Shown: positions 21,665-35,600 of the stretch, one piece after another
How the letters are laid out: every line of letters starts with the position of its first letter
How positions within the stretch are numbered: the first letter of the stretch is position 1
Source of the DNA: Entomortierella parvispora E1425
Taxonomy: Eukaryota; Fungi; Mortierellomycota
NCBI GenBank assembly: GCA_020891255.1
Contig: BQFW01000015.1
Coordinates: 558,001-622,000, forward strand
Length of the DNA stretch: 64,000 nt
Reading direction: 5' to 3'
Translations under genes and position numbers: made by a program
Notes under the pieces: model-generated
What the model was told of the DNA's origin: nothing
The model's database searches: none
The model's input: the letters and a program-made list of their open reading frames with translations, nothing else

Positions 21665-24600
21665 TCAGGACAACGAAAAGGGCTTGGAAAGAAAAGATTC
21701 ATAGTCACTGTCTTTCTCCGGATCACCAAAGTGTTTCAAGAGTGAGATTCGAACTCTTGCCTTGTTGCCTTTGGACAATGGAGCTGCGACAGGGTTTCCA
21801 TCCTTATTAAGGACCCTACCATCCCAACCGAGGAGCTGATATTCGTTGCCTTCTTGGTCATCATTTCTGGGAAGATATCGGCCTACTCCTCGGTTGAGCA
21901 GGCCATAGCTTTTGACCTTTGTTGGATCCGACCCCTTGTCTGATACCAAGTCTAGCACTAAAAGCTTGCAAGCTGTCAAGAGTCTGAACTGAAGGATGGC
22001 TTTGACTTCGGCGGAAGGTGTGTCGTCATTTTGGTCATCTTTGGAATCCAGAGGGTTGCTGATATTGAGAGCCAGAGTATCTTTGTCCAGTTCAAGCATG
22101 CGTCGACTCTTTCGGTTGTAGTACCTCAGCCCAAAGGAACGGTCAAACACGGCCACAGTCTTGTAATCTCCCTTCATGCCCAAGAATGGCACTGAGATCA
22201 TTGGTGTGGACTTGTCCAATTTTTCAGGTCGGAAGCGGATAAATCCAGAGTAAAGGACGTGGAGCAATGGATTGTTCTTGGGTCCGGAGAAATCCAAGTC
22301 CAGTGTCGCATTTGATCCCGGATCTACGCGGATCGTTTGGACAGAGGAGGCCGATTTCATTGATGCGGTGGCAAAAGTTTTCTTGGGTAAAACAGCCACT
22401 GTTCCATTCCTCTCAAAGGGGGTCAGGCCCACAGCGCTGAGCAGATCAACGCGATAAGTTACTGGATTCTTGCCTAGGTTTGTGATGGTGAAAGTTTGGC
22501 GGCCATTGAGGTGTAGAGTGTCGTTGAGAGATACATATGAGGGCGAGATAGAGACCGAGGAGGTGAGAACCTCCATCATTTGAACTAATCCAGCGCCTTG
22601 CTGAAGTACTGAGGCTGGACCATTGAATCGCTGTGGGTTGCCGTCCAAAATAGGACGAGCAGCGTTTTGGAGTGCGGTTTTGAAGGCGACGGAATTGTGC
22701 TCTGACTTTGGCCTGCCCTGAAGGAATAAGGCCGCACATCCTGCAATATATGGGCTAGCCATGGATGTACCAGAATCCGAGCCGAATCCGCCCATCTACA
22801 GAAACAACCAATTTCGATTAGTGGTTTCGACTGCCAAGAGACTACAATAATTATCACCTTGTGTACTCACCGACAAGGGAAACGTCGACCAGATGTTTCC
22901 CCCTGGTGCGGTAATATCCGGCTTTAAATTCAGCTCCGAATCCGGTCCTAATGAAGTGAAGTTGGAGAGCAGACCACCGACAGTGTTCTTGACGGTGATC
23001 GGCGAAGGTCCATCTGCAATGCGAATTCCGCCATTCTTTGACTGCGATTGCATCTGCTTCAAAAGAAACTCTCCATCCTCCCTGCTAATAGAGCGAACGG
23101 GGATTTTAAGACCTGACTTACTAACCGAAGTTGCAGGCTCACCTACCAAGTTGTTGATGATGATAACTCCCGTAGCCTTCGCCTTCATCATGTTCTTGAG
23201 TTTTTGGGCGAATGTACAATCTCCTCGCCGAACAAGTACAATCTTGCCTTTGATATCCTTGGTAGTCGGTTTGCAAGCATCCGCGGTGACATTGCCCGAG
23301 ATTCCTGGGGCAATCTGAGCCAGGGTGGTGTTGAGATCCATAACTTTATCGCCTAGGAAGGGGATTTTGCGTGGCTGATTCTGGTCAAGGCCTGTGGTCA
23401 CCTTACTAGAGTTGCTGGCAACGAAATACCAAGAGCTCGAATAAGGGTTCTCGTTCGACGACACTGATATGGCTGATCTGGACACACCTGGGGATCCCAT
23501 TTCGAAGGCCCCCATATCTCCCTCGTTTCCAGCGGCAGCCACGACCAGGATGCCCAATTTTTCCGATAGCATATCGATTACGAGAGCTTCTCGCTCTTGA
23601 TTCCATCCACCTGGACCACCCAAGGACAAGTTGATCACATCCATACCATCCTCAGCTGCGCGCAGTAACGCCTTGATAATGATATCGTTGGGGGCAGAAC
23701 CGACACAAGGAAAGACTCGATAAGATCCAAGCGTGCTTTGAGGCGCAACACCCAAAAAGTAGGTACTATTTGCGGCAATGATACCTGACACGTGAGTGCC
23801 ATGCCCATCGCAAGTGCTCCTGGGATCGTTATCGGGGCTTTTGCCATCGTCGCCAACAAAGTCATATCCGTATGCGACCTTGCAACCTTTGCCAAAACAA
23901 CCTCCCAGTGCAGGGTTCTAGTTTTAGAGCAAAACAAAGCTCATATGTAAGATTCGTTGCGCCAAGTCCACACCATAAGCAGTCGATGGTTACCTTGTAA
24001 TCGGTCCCTGAGTCGATAATTCCAACCTTGATACCCTTTCCAAACAACTTTAGCGACTCGTGTACCTGAGCGACACCTGTTTCTTTGTGCCTTTTTTTCA
24101 ACAGAAGATCAGTTAGACGTGTGCAGTTGGAGAATTAGTATCATATGAAGACTCCATGGTGTGAACTGGTTACTCACGGTGTCACGTTCGAAAGGTCTTT
24201 CTCCCGAGTTGACATGAAGGCATGGATGTTGTCCATGAATATGGACATCGTCTTTGGCTTACTATAGACCGCCTGGAGGAAAATTGCTCCATGGGAATCA
24301 TACACAGAGACGTTTAGTTCGTTATCATAAAATCAGATAGGCATTCATCGCCTCATCTTGCCGTTGCTAAGTTCCTTGTCCTTACTCATATGTGGGTTAA
24401 AAAAAATGAAAAAAAAAAATGCTCGACTTACCACTGGCTCTACCAACTTGATTTCTGGAAACAAGCCAACTATTTCTTTTAGCATGGCTGTATCCTTGAA
24501 TTCCAATGAAATGGCGTTCAAAGGCTCGCCCCAAAACTCATGACGGATCAAGATCTGACCAGGTTCTTGACTTTGCACCCACTGAGAGAAACGATCGTGT

Positions 24601-24944
24601 TGATCAAAGCCGGATACAAAGTCAATCCAGTAGGCACCCAACACAACTCTGTCATTTGCTCCAGCGACTCGTATCACAGGAGAGGCTGAGGTCGACGACA
24701 GTGGAGACGAGGGGTCATCGGCAAGAGAAAAGGCGAGAAGATCATCTTCTTTCAAAGAGGTCAAAGGACTGGGTCCGAAAACCTTCACGTTTTTGACTGA
24801 GTCTGAGATTCTCTGAGCATCAGCGACACTCAGGGATAGGATATCGGAAGGCAAGCCGCTGAGTTCCAAAAGTGCGGCGGTGAGGGCGTATATCACGCCG
24901 AGAGGGATAAAGGCCCTTCGTGTACGAAAAACCGCTATCCTCAT
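21665..24944 (-). CDS. Secreted S8 subtilisin-like protease with PA and Fn3-like domains, multi-exon
   Basis: Catalytic residues IGIIDSGTDY (D), DGHGTHVSGIIAA (H), AAAGNEG (oxyanion N) and SGTSMASPYIAG (S). PA insert KGKIVLVRRGDCTFAQK; KPDITAPGGNIWST. ATG at 24944. Confidence 0.93.
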
Positions 24945-25172
24945 TGTTCTTGATAATGAAAATGGCGTATCAAAGGAAAGAAGCAAAATAAGTCAACGTG
25001 GACATTAACCGTAGTCAGCAGGCGCGGAATGGAGAGAAAGCGTGCGCGCGGTTGAATGTGTACGCATTCTCTCACCAAGGCTGTGGACGAAACAGGTCTA
25101 ATTGTGTCTCGCATTACGCTATGAATAGATCCAAAAAAACGCGTTCCATCCTAGAACCACGAAATTTATTGT

Positions 25173-25916
25173 CTAGGCTACACGAGAATAGCAAGGCGGG
25201 GCTTCATCGGTATTGGCAGGCGATGAGTAGTTTGCATAGGTAGATTGTTGTTGTTGCTGAGGATGTGCTTGTGACGAAGTTGGAGCGAGATGTGCCTGTG
25301 GGGGAACCTGGTGGTAAATATGAGACACCTCCGACTCCTTCGAAGCAGTTGGCTGGTGCTGTTGTTTGGGTAGTTGCCGTGGAATTAGAGGCAGGTCATA
25401 CGAGATAGACAGTTCGGGGTGGTCTTGCTCGTCTGGGGCCAAAACTTTTCCCCTTGGAGGGAGAACTCCACGTTGAATCACTACCATCAACTCCTCTTCG
25501 TCATCCTGCTGGGTCCTGGCTCGTTTGCCCCTGCGATGGCGTGCTTTAGTTTCTCTGCGTTCCCATCTTAGAGTGAGAATAGCCTCTATAACCACCAAAG
25601 CCATCGTTGGAAGGTCCATCGCCACATCCACTCTCAACAGACAGTTGTAGCAAAATTCTGTCCAAGTCCAAGAAGTTGCCATCATAAATGACACTAGAGC
25701 CAGGCCAATTAGAAGGAATGCCCTCAGCCCTGGCATCGAGAGCTTGACAAGATTGAATAACGAGAGGGTGTAGCCGATGACGAGAGCAAGGTTGCTATAT
25801 CCGTTGATGGTCTCAACATGGCGTTCAGGTCTATCCATGGCGGTGCCCATACAACTGATAATCAGCAAGCAAACAATTGAGATACGCAAAATTCGGATGG
25901 GCTTTGGTGCGGCCAT
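25173..25916 (-). CDS. Hypothetical multi-pass membrane protein with Q/P-rich tail
   Basis: ATG at 25916 (MAAPKPIRILRISIVCLLII). Three to four hydrophobic segments and a C-terminal PPCY (PPxY-like) motif. Intronless. Confidence 0.65.
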   Translation of the reverse strand: MAAPKPIRILRISIVCLLIISCMGTAMDRPERHVETINGYSNLALVIGYTLSLFNLVKLSMPGLRAFLLIGLALVSFMMATSWTWTEFCYNCLLRVDVAMDLPTMALVVIEAILTLRWERRETKARHRRGKRARTQQDDEEELMVVIQRGVLPPRGKVLAPDEQDHPELSISYDLPLIPRQLPKQQHQPTASKESEVSHIYHQVPPQAHLAPTSSQAHPQQQQQSTYANYSSPANTDEAPPCYSRVA

Positions 25917-26241
25917 ATTGGGAGCGTCCTTGAGGTTGATAATGAAAGAGAGTGAAGAAAAAAAAAGCAAATAGTAGTCTAACACTCGTTGATATATCCT
26001 ATTCCTCTTCCTTCTGTCCGTCTGCATATTCTATATTCCATGAGAATATGCAACGACTAATTTCTTTATGTCAAGGGTGGACTCGAACGGAATAGCTTCT
26101 TAGATACACATGGAGGCACAGGTGGTCCAAGCAAAGCCGGTCAGTTGCAAGTGCCACGCGTGAATGGCTTTCATCACTCATTATAATGCACCATTGCATG
26201 TTTTACCGCACTGTCACATTACCCTTTTTTGATCCTACCTG

Positions 26242-26287
26242 CCTCTTTGACCTCCCTCTTTGACCTCCCTCTTTGACTCCCTCTTTT
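26242..26287. repeat. 13-bp tandem repeat (CCTCTTTGACCTC) x3.5, intergenic
   Basis: Two perfect units at 26242-26267, one unit with a 1-nt deletion, then a partial unit. Confidence 0.85.
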
Positions 26288-26603
26288 AACGTCATTTCGT
26301 TTAGCTTTTCTCTGCTAAGTTATTCAACCATCTCCGTCCTATTTTTTGTTTTCCCAGGTTTCATAGTGTGTGACGCCCAAATAGAAGAATAAAAGGTAGC
26401 CAGGTATTGTCACATTTGGATCATTCATGACCACAAAGGGAGTAATTCGATATCGAGTTCGCATATGTTGAGGCATTTCGGAGATCCTCATAATGAGCAT
26501 GACTTCGAGTCGGACATCTTTCAAACGTTTACATTGCCATGACTTTTTTTTTTCTTTTTTTGAAGTAAGTTTATAATATATTTTTTGTCTCTTTCCCCCC
26601 TGC

Positions 26604-29600
26604 CTACTTCTGAGATCTCCAGATCCAGTACGAAAGCGTACGTATAACATCTCCAACATGCTCCGACTCAATGGCATTGTATCCACTCTTGGGTTCTCGA
26701 CTCACTGAAAACACGCGCACATTAGCGCCAATGTTTTCGTTTTGATCGCCTTCAAGCCCTCGGCAGCTTCCATCGTCTCGGTGTTCGATCTCGGCGTTAT
26801 CATAGTCCTCATCTTCGTCCTCCTGAAAGCTGTGGTCAAGGCTGCGCTGGTCAGCAAATTCTTCGCTGGAAGAGTCTTCATCGTCTTGCATTGATTGGAT
26901 CTCTTCGTTAAAGTGTCTGCTCTTTTGAACAAATCTTGACCCTCCAGGACTTAGCAAGCTGGACCGGGCAGGCATCTGTGAAACTCCTCTAGTTGATGCT
27001 TTGGTAAGAATGGACCGGACATCGTCATCCATAACGACGCTGGGCGCACGCGAGCTTGTGCCGCTTGGAGATGTCCCTCCACCGTCAGCACCATTGGAGT
27101 ACAAAGCGGAAGACGAATCGCGACTACGAGTGGGTTGGAAGCGACTTGCAACCTTTGAAACAGCTAGAGAGGCAGCCCTAGCTATGGAAGTCACAGATGA
27201 TACTCGACTTGATACCTCAGAGAGCGATGGTCGGAGAGGCGGATTTGACAGCATTTGAGCCGAATCACGCCGATGGGACTCTGGCCGAGGTGATGTGGTC
27301 TGTGATGTGGACTGCAACAGCGTTTGAAGCTGAGAGTGAGACTGCGAGTGTAGCATTCGTCCACTTGAAGTCCGTGTGTTGAACCGAGAGCTAATATCGC
27401 CTGTAGAGTTCCACATTGTAGTTCGTGGCCCTTGTCCCGAGAGATGGTATGTAGACGTGAGCTCTTTGTTCGCCAAGGACTCTCCGGGATCGATAGTCGA
27501 TTCGGTGTTCATATTGATTACAAAGTGGACCAATAAATCACGATTATGTGGGTTAAAGATCACTAAATGCCGTCGTGCCCGTCCTCCTTTTCCGAGACTC
27601 ATCCTTGCTTGCCGTCCTGCTGATCCCGTCTTGTTAAATGCAGATCCTGAGGACCCTCGTTGATCCGAAAGCCCTGGCCCGAGACTTGATACTGCCGGGC
27701 CAGGAGAACTTGTCTCGTCGTGTTCCATAAATTCTCTTGCCCAGCGGGCATAGTAGCTAGCAAGGAAGGAGAGTACTTCGCCCCAATCAATACCTGGAGC
27801 TGTGACCATGGCTAGAAATTCAGGCTCCATCTCTTCAAGCGGAGTGCTGTGGAAGCGCTGACCTAGAGCTAAAAAGTCTGCGAATCCAAGTTCTGGTGCT
27901 CCAGAGGCGATGCCATCTCTTGTGGAGGAGCCGTCATACTCAGAGGGCCCATTTTTTAGCGTAAGTCCCGAGCTGAGGGATGTTGTTAGGGCTTGAGGCG
28001 CCAGCAATGACGAATTTGAACCCGTTAAAATGACGCCAGAGCTGCCAATCTTGCCCTGGACCAACATCTCCCATAAAGAATCGCGGTCGAAGAATTGAGC
28101 TGCTTGCTTCAGTAAAAGGTCCAAGCGAGCTTCAGCCGCACGGACAACGTCGCTCAAGACTGCTCGCTCCGTGATCCGCTCCTGCAGCTCTGTTGCATCC
28201 ATGAGGCGTTCTTCCGAGTTTAAGATTTCGCGTGTGGCATCGGCCTGTATGACCCGGCCTTCATGTACTGGCTCTGCCGTCACTGCGGACTCCATTAAAG
28301 ACTGAACGTTCTCCTTTGCTACAAAACCTGGCTTGGGACGAGGGGTTCCAAGGTGAGATCCGACGTGTCCACGGTCAACTCCCATGTTTCCTTCAGTCAT
28401 CACCATGTTATGATCGGCAGCAAGAAGGCGGTCCTTTGCCTTGAGAAGCGGTCCGTGGGCTTCCTCTAGTTTCTTGACCACCTCTTCTTCGCGAAGAATC
28501 AGCAGGTAGTAATGCACTGTGAGTCCTGTGCTGTCTTGATCGCCATCCGAAAGCACCAATACATACTCCACGCCTTCGTCATCCAGGATCGTACTCTCCT
28601 TCACATTGTAGCTAGAGCGACTAGATGGAAGTCTCCTATGGTTCCTCTTAGTATTCACACTGCTATCATGGCTGGTGTGTCGTAGGTGAGGACCGGTTGG
28701 TCTCTGAATATGGGTCACCGGTAGTCCCCCTTGGTTGCCACCAACTCCAAAACCTTTCAATCCGAACTTGTCGGTGCCGCTGACTCCTTTCGAAGATCCG
28801 TGGACGCTACCTGTGTGTTGCTGTAATCCACCAAAGCCAACGAGAAGATTACGTCCCGACACAAAGCATGCTCTCGGTCGGTCATGAAGATGAATGGCCT
28901 GGAATCCATAGCGCTGAGGATTCTTGATAACGTAGTCAAAGAGGTGTCCTGGAAGTTCGCCTTCTCCTGGCGCAAGAGTTGTGTGGTATACCCCACGATA
29001 TACTCGATTTCTGGAATAAGCAGCAGGTCGGGAGTGGTACTGAAGAAACTGATGTAAAACATCAAGCAAATCGAAAGAGAATGGAAGGGATGTCGGCGAC
29101 TGGGAATCTACTGTGTTGAGCTTGGAAGACTCCATAAGGATTCGATGGATATAGCGAAGATGAAAGTCGTACACGAAACTATTCACATGAATCCTGTCCT
29201 TAAATCTTGCACACTGTTCCGTATAGACCCTTAGACTGTCCTTGTTGGCTTCTGCTGTCGCAAATCCTGGGGCTGCGACCTTGACACGACCATAGCGGCG
29301 GTTGAGCGTGTACAGGGTCACACATACGAACATCCCTTGAAGTCTGACCTCGCACATGATGGATCCACCTTGCAAAGATTTGAACAAAAAGGCGGCAGGG
29401 CTTGCAACTGAGAGTGACTTGGATACAGTAAACTGCGACATGAACGAGAGCTCATCCGAATGTGCTGACTCCACTGGTTTGTCAAACTTTGAGTTTCCAT
29501 ACATTAAAAGTTGCATCCCAACTGTAGCCAGGTACTGGCTATATTCCCGCATGAACGTCTCTGCCAGTGAGCTGTACCATTGCACCACAGGATCTGCCGT

Positions 29601-32600
29601 TGTAGCCTTCGATTCTCCAGTCTGTGATAATTCTGCGTCTTGTTTGCTAGGAGGCGCTTGACTCAATCCCGGTTCAATAGGGGCTGCTGATGGGGCCACC
29701 AGCGGGAACAACGAGGACGAAAACTCTGTAAAAAGGAGAGGAGTTCGGCAGAAATGCAGAAGCCGCGCAGATCGAAGCATGATGGCCAAATCCGAGGTGT
29801 TCATGTTTTCATGTAGAGCGTTTGGAGACCCCTTGCGATCCTTATATCTTCTGGACCACTTTTGATAGACATTATAGGCGTTTTGCTGATCTTCTGCATT
29901 CTTTGTGTGATGCATAAATGTATCCAAAAATGGCTTGGCATGTCTCTGAACCTCGTCCTGAAACTCGTCCTCATCTCGAGCTGTCTCCAAGGGTTCTAGG
30001 ATATAATCGCGCAAAATCTGATCGATGTCTTGACTAGTAGTGATAATAGACCCAGCTGTAGGCGAGCTCTGATCCAAAGACTGTGTTGAAGCTACTGCTG
30101 CTGGAGGGCTCGGACGGACGGACATCGCGGAACCAGACAGACCCTTTTGGATCTCAGAACGAGAGTCGTCGTTGCTATATGCACTAAAGGGTCGAGTCCT
30201 ACTTGGAAACTGATCCTCTACGAGGCTCGATAGTGTAGCACTGTCGGACACCGCGGCACTGGAAGGAGACTTTGGGGAGCCTTGCGACTTTGGTACACTC
30301 ACTGAACTGGCTGCAGGGTCAGAGAGCCCAATTCTGAGGTTCGATCCTAGGTGTGGCGAGCTTTGTGGGCCAGGACGAGACAAACCTGGAGTCGCTCCGG
30401 AGTTCGATTGGGCTAGAGTCTGAGTTTGTGGAGGTGAAATGGATGGAACATGGTGGAATAACCCCATCTTTTGAAGCAGCACGTTGTCCAGCAACCGCAT
30501 TCGATCTTGGTGCCACTTGACAACTCGCTCTATGGCACCGAATACTTCTTGGTAAGCCTTGCCCCAGTTGTACGTGTATGCTTGGAGTCCAAATCCATTG
30601 GCGGTGATAACCACAAAGCAATTCCGTGTCAGCAACATGGTTTCATCTTGACCAGTAGCAGTGATGGCATTCGGATACATTTTGACATCCTCAAGCTGCC
30701 GCTTAGGAATGTGTTGAGAAGAATGGGTCGATGTCTTGTGTGAATGCTGTAGACTGACGCTCTCTGCTAAAGAGCTTCGGCGAGAGTGGGCACGGTCGTT
30801 TCCCATGCTGGCGCGTCTGCCGTAGTATGCAGAGCTTGAGCCTTCGTTCAAGTCCTGGATTCCTCCAACAAGAATAAATCGAATGTTGGTCATGTCGCCA
30901 AACGATTTTTTGGAGCCGCTGGACGCCTTGTGCTCTTTGTAACGATGGGAATTTGCAATAGATCGAATCAAAAGCGGCGAGAAGCTCATGCTGACGTCTG
31001 TCAAGATTTCGTCCAGCTCTAACAAGAATGAGTCCATTATCCATGGCGGCATCGAATATTCAAGATTGAGAGAGTGAACGGCGGGATTTTTCCACTGGTA
31101 AGAGTAGTGCAGAACCAAGAACGATGGGTCGATGAAATTTTTTTGAACGCACTCCCCAATAAGAGGCTCTCCATCAATCTGGTCTGTGTCGTTCCTGCGG
31201 TCTTGAGCACTGGGACAGAGGCCCTGTGCGATTGATGACTCTATTATGTCGTCGCACAAGCTCTGACGGAAACTTTGAGAAATCGCGTCCATTAAGGCAG
31301 ACGCGTTGACACCTCCTTGAGCCCAGATTTCTACCAGCAGTCTGTATTTGGAAGGCTTCTGTCCAGATGAATCAGGGAATGATTCAAAGAAGGCACGTAT
31401 CCCCTCATTGTCATGCTCTCCCTCTTGATGTCCGATCTCGAAAGCTGGCCTCTGATCCTGTCCCAGTACTGTAAGACACACACCAGCCAAGCCAATCCCC
31501 ACGGTTGACTCGATTTGTGTTGGCGAGCGACCCTGTACAGCATTGTAGAAAAATGTAAAGTCGCCAATCTGAGTGTGTTGCGATTGCCTGTCGATGGGGT
31601 AAGGGGTTAGCTCATATTTTTGGGATCAACTAACATGGCCGCCAAGACACATTGTTTCTCCACTTACTGGTCATGGAATCGCTCCGCTGCAGAGAAGCGG
31701 CCATATTGGGACTGGTAATATCGAGTCAAGACGCCAACCTTGTCCGCGCCCATCAATGGATGCAGATATAGGCTTAGGTTCTGCTTGAGATACATGAGGA
31801 ATGCGAATGGTGTGGCGATAAAGTGGGGTATCTCCAAGACTTGTCTCGATGGTTCAATTCTATCCACTGGCAGAATGAAGTCGACATCCTATCGGCATAG
31901 CATTACAGTGTAGTGGCATTCCAGATTAGTATAGTAGTCGCTGTGCCTTCGAATCAGTGGCTGCAAACCTTACCGCCTGGGTGAGCTTCAGTGTCGAATT
32001 TCGTGACAGGAACGTGGACACAACCGAGAGCACCACCGAATTGTAGAACTTGTTTTCAAGAAGTGAAAACAAGTCGCCCGTGACATGTCTACCTGGAGGC
32101 TGCACTCCGTACACCTCAACAACAAGTTCTCTGGTATCAGTGCGAGTCCCAGTGGGGGCGGCTATTCTTGATCCAGGTGAGGCGGTGGGTGAAGGTCGAG
32201 GGCTGTTCGAGTGCGACCCTGGATCTTCTATAGCTTGATTGGTGTTAAGAACTTGCGATGCTGATTCAGTTTTTACTACCGTCATAGCGGACCCATCGTC
32301 AACGCCAGGAGCGGCCTCCACACCAGCTTGGACTTCAACTTCGCTCAGCCTGAGGAACACTACTATTTTCTTCGACTCGTCTTGATCATCCTTGCTTTCG
32401 ACAACAAAAAAGTTCTTGCGGTTCTGGACAGCAAACGGGTACAGCACAAGATGAGCTACGCTCTTCATGGCTTGACCTGGTTTTACACGCCAATGCAGCG
32501 GCCATGCTCTGCGATAGACCAGAGGGCAAGCAAACTCCCCGGGTTTGAACTTCCTAATGTCTGGAGACCTCTCAGATCGCGATCCGCCTGTGATAAAAGC

Positions 32601-35600
32601 CTCATCTTCCTGAGAGACGTGATCCGAGTCGGAGCTTGAGTTCGACTCTGCGTTTGGATCACTATCGTCCGCCGGGACTAGATATTTGCTGCAATTTCGT
32701 GTTTCGTTCAAAGATTGCAATAATGTCAATTGATTGACCTTGATGCACAGCTCGTCTATAGCACGCCGAACGTGGCCCACAATAGAGTGACAGGACTCTT
32801 CTGACAGTGTCTTTGAGAAAAAGTACACCTGAACGTAGGGCTCTTTGGGAACGAGGATGAGCCAAAACTCGCGCTTGCGCGCTAGACGTTCTGAATTGTT
32901 CAGGCCATTGGCTGCTTCAGGGGTAGTCGAATGAGGCTTGTCCTTTGGGGTGGGCAATATAACTATGCCGAGACCATGGCACAGGTCTCTGGAAGGTGAT
33001 GTCGAAACGATATCATCATTTGTGTCAAAGCATACCGGTGAGCTCTTATCCGGCTGAGAGCCGTCATGATGATCTCCAGAATCATATGCTAGATGGTCCA
33101 AATCCGTTCTCATAGAATCCTGGTCAAGAGTAGAGCCCAGGGTCGCGTCGCTTTCTCTCAAATAAAAATAGGGTCCAACTTGGCAAAGCTCGTAAGGAAA
33201 CATACTCGTCCGACCTAGTTCCTGCATAAAGATTTCGTAGCCTCGTCTCTTCTTTACAAATGTCAATGGAAGGGCCATTGACGTGGGGAAGTTAACAAAA
33301 CTAGATTTTGTCTTTAGCTGTGTCTCCACTAGACTCAGCATATCGACTGTAACCGGTGTCATGTCAAGAAGGCCATGCATGACCTCCTCTTTGACCAGCC
33401 ACTCCAGCCTGGACTCAGTATCTGATATTGCTTCCAACTGTGTCGAGTCCAACGTCGGAAAGAGATGCTGGAGGTTTCGCAACCCTGCTCCCATTTGCTG
33501 ACTATTTTCGCTATTGATCTTGGATTCCGAGTCAATGCTTTTTAGAGTAGGGCCGTTGTAGTCGTCTGGTACAGGTAAAGTTGACACTACCAAATGTATA
33601 ATGGCTACCGTTCCATCGGCCGAATCAACTGGTCTAGATTCGACGCCAATTCTCGAAGGTGCGTAGTTGAGTTCGCGGGAACCCTTCTCCTTGAAGCTAT
33701 ATGACAACGGTAAGCCCGATACAGGAAAGGTGACAGACGGTTTCCAGCCATTTCGCTCCAACTCAGAAGACTGTGTTAACGGCTTTTGAAAAGAGCACTC
33801 GAGATGCATGAATAGCGGTCTTTCAGCACTCTCAATTATCTCCGCTAAGTTATCATCTGCCTCAGTGTCGATGGGGCCCTGGCGCGAAACGCTCGGCGAC
33901 CTCTTTCTCGTTTTAGGCTTTGCCTGTTTAGGGGCGGTACGGCGTATGGTGGGGCGATAAAAGAAAGTTTGATCCGGGCCTGGTACTGGAACCAACTCGA
34001 AAGAGTGCAACAAAACCTGCATGAACCGTGAAGCCAGCTCAGAAGATGATTCTCTACTGGAAAGACAGCGCAAGTGATGCATTAGTATTTCATTTCAAAT
34101 GTTGCAAACAAGCTAACGTATGAAACAGCATTTCAACGATCCCGTACCTTGCTATCCCGCGGTGTCGTACTAGCTCCATTGTGTTTAAAAAGCCAGTGAT
34201 GTTAATATCAACTGAGGTTCGAGTACAGATCAGAGTGGCCTTCTGAAGATCTGTTGGCTCTACAGAGTGACCCTCGATGAGAGCCGCGAAGATAGCTTTG
34301 GCGTAGCTGTGGGAATAAGTTTGACTGATGGCACGGATCAATTGTAATGTTGACTCGTGCACTTTTGTAGCTCGACCTTGATCTTCGTTCATGACTGGTT
34401 GCAGAAGAAGAGGTTGATGCATCACGACTGGTCCCAAAGACACTGGATGGAGCTCAAACAGTGCAAGACTTTGATCAAGTGAATTTGCATTGTGCTCGCT
34501 CACGTCCGCTAAAGGCTTACTCCGGAGACATTCGAACATCATACAACTCAAGAAGTCATGCCTGGCCAGCTCAGCCCCCACAACGCCCTCCTTAGTTTGT
34601 AGCGATCTCATTTTCGTGATATGGGCTATGACGGACCCCAGCTTTGGTATAATAATGAGACGAACGAACCGCGCATTTGGAATCTTGACAAAACACCGGA
34701 TGTCCTGGAAGGAATTAGTGCAGTGAAAAGTCATCAATAGCCGCCTGATGTCTGGATTTCGCTTGATAGATGTCTTGATATCGAGAAAAAACTGACTGCA
34801 TGCGTCATCGTCGTTGCCAGCCATGATCTCGCCTTCTGCTAGCTGGGAAAGCGACTTCTCCATGAACAGGTGCAGTATCGCCAGATCTCTGTCAGCACAT
34901 GACAACTCGCGGATATATTCCTTGTACTCTGAAACCAGCTCATTTTCCACAGAGACAGGAAGCTCTGCATCCGATAGGGACTGCGCCAGGCTCGTAGAAC
35001 TGGCATTCGCGTTTCGAGTGAGGAGAAGGTCTCTGGCAGACGAGACCATAGGGGGGTTGGATGAGGGGTCTGGTGCATTGAAGGTAGGCAACCCAAGCGT
35101 GTGCGTGCATCTTTTACCCGATGAAACAGATACGTCTTGCTGAACATTAGAGGATACGTTCCTCTTTGGCGCCTCGTATGCCAGTGTGATGAGCCGCTGC
35201 TGCCTCAGGAGTGTTGCTGGATCAAAGAGCCAGGGGTATATGAAGCCGCGATCAGGCTGAAGCTCAACTGTAGGCCGAAGTCGTAGGCGGCCGATCGTGT
35301 GTATAGCTTCAAAGGTGGTCAGGCGGGAGAGCAAGAACCTATCGATGTTAATGATAGATGTTTTGACCTTATCAAATGTGCTGTACTGACTCACATCCAT
35401 GAAAGGTTCTGCCCATAGCTCCGTTACGAGTTCGCCGGACACTGGGCTCCTGAAAATGAGATACTGAACAGCGCAATTGCCCTTAAGTAACGAGCCTTCA
35501 TGTGGTGGCATCTCCACCTCTTTGTAAAGTACAACGCGATTTGGAAGTGAAGATGCCAATAGAAATCCTTCGCCAATCCTCTGAGCACAAAGATATTGAA

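Noticed and set aside
26339-26686. Minus-strand ORF as an extra last exon of SZT2
   Set aside because: The main frame already ends with a plausible SZT2 C-terminus at 26604, and there is no pyrimidine-rich acceptor for the downstream segment.
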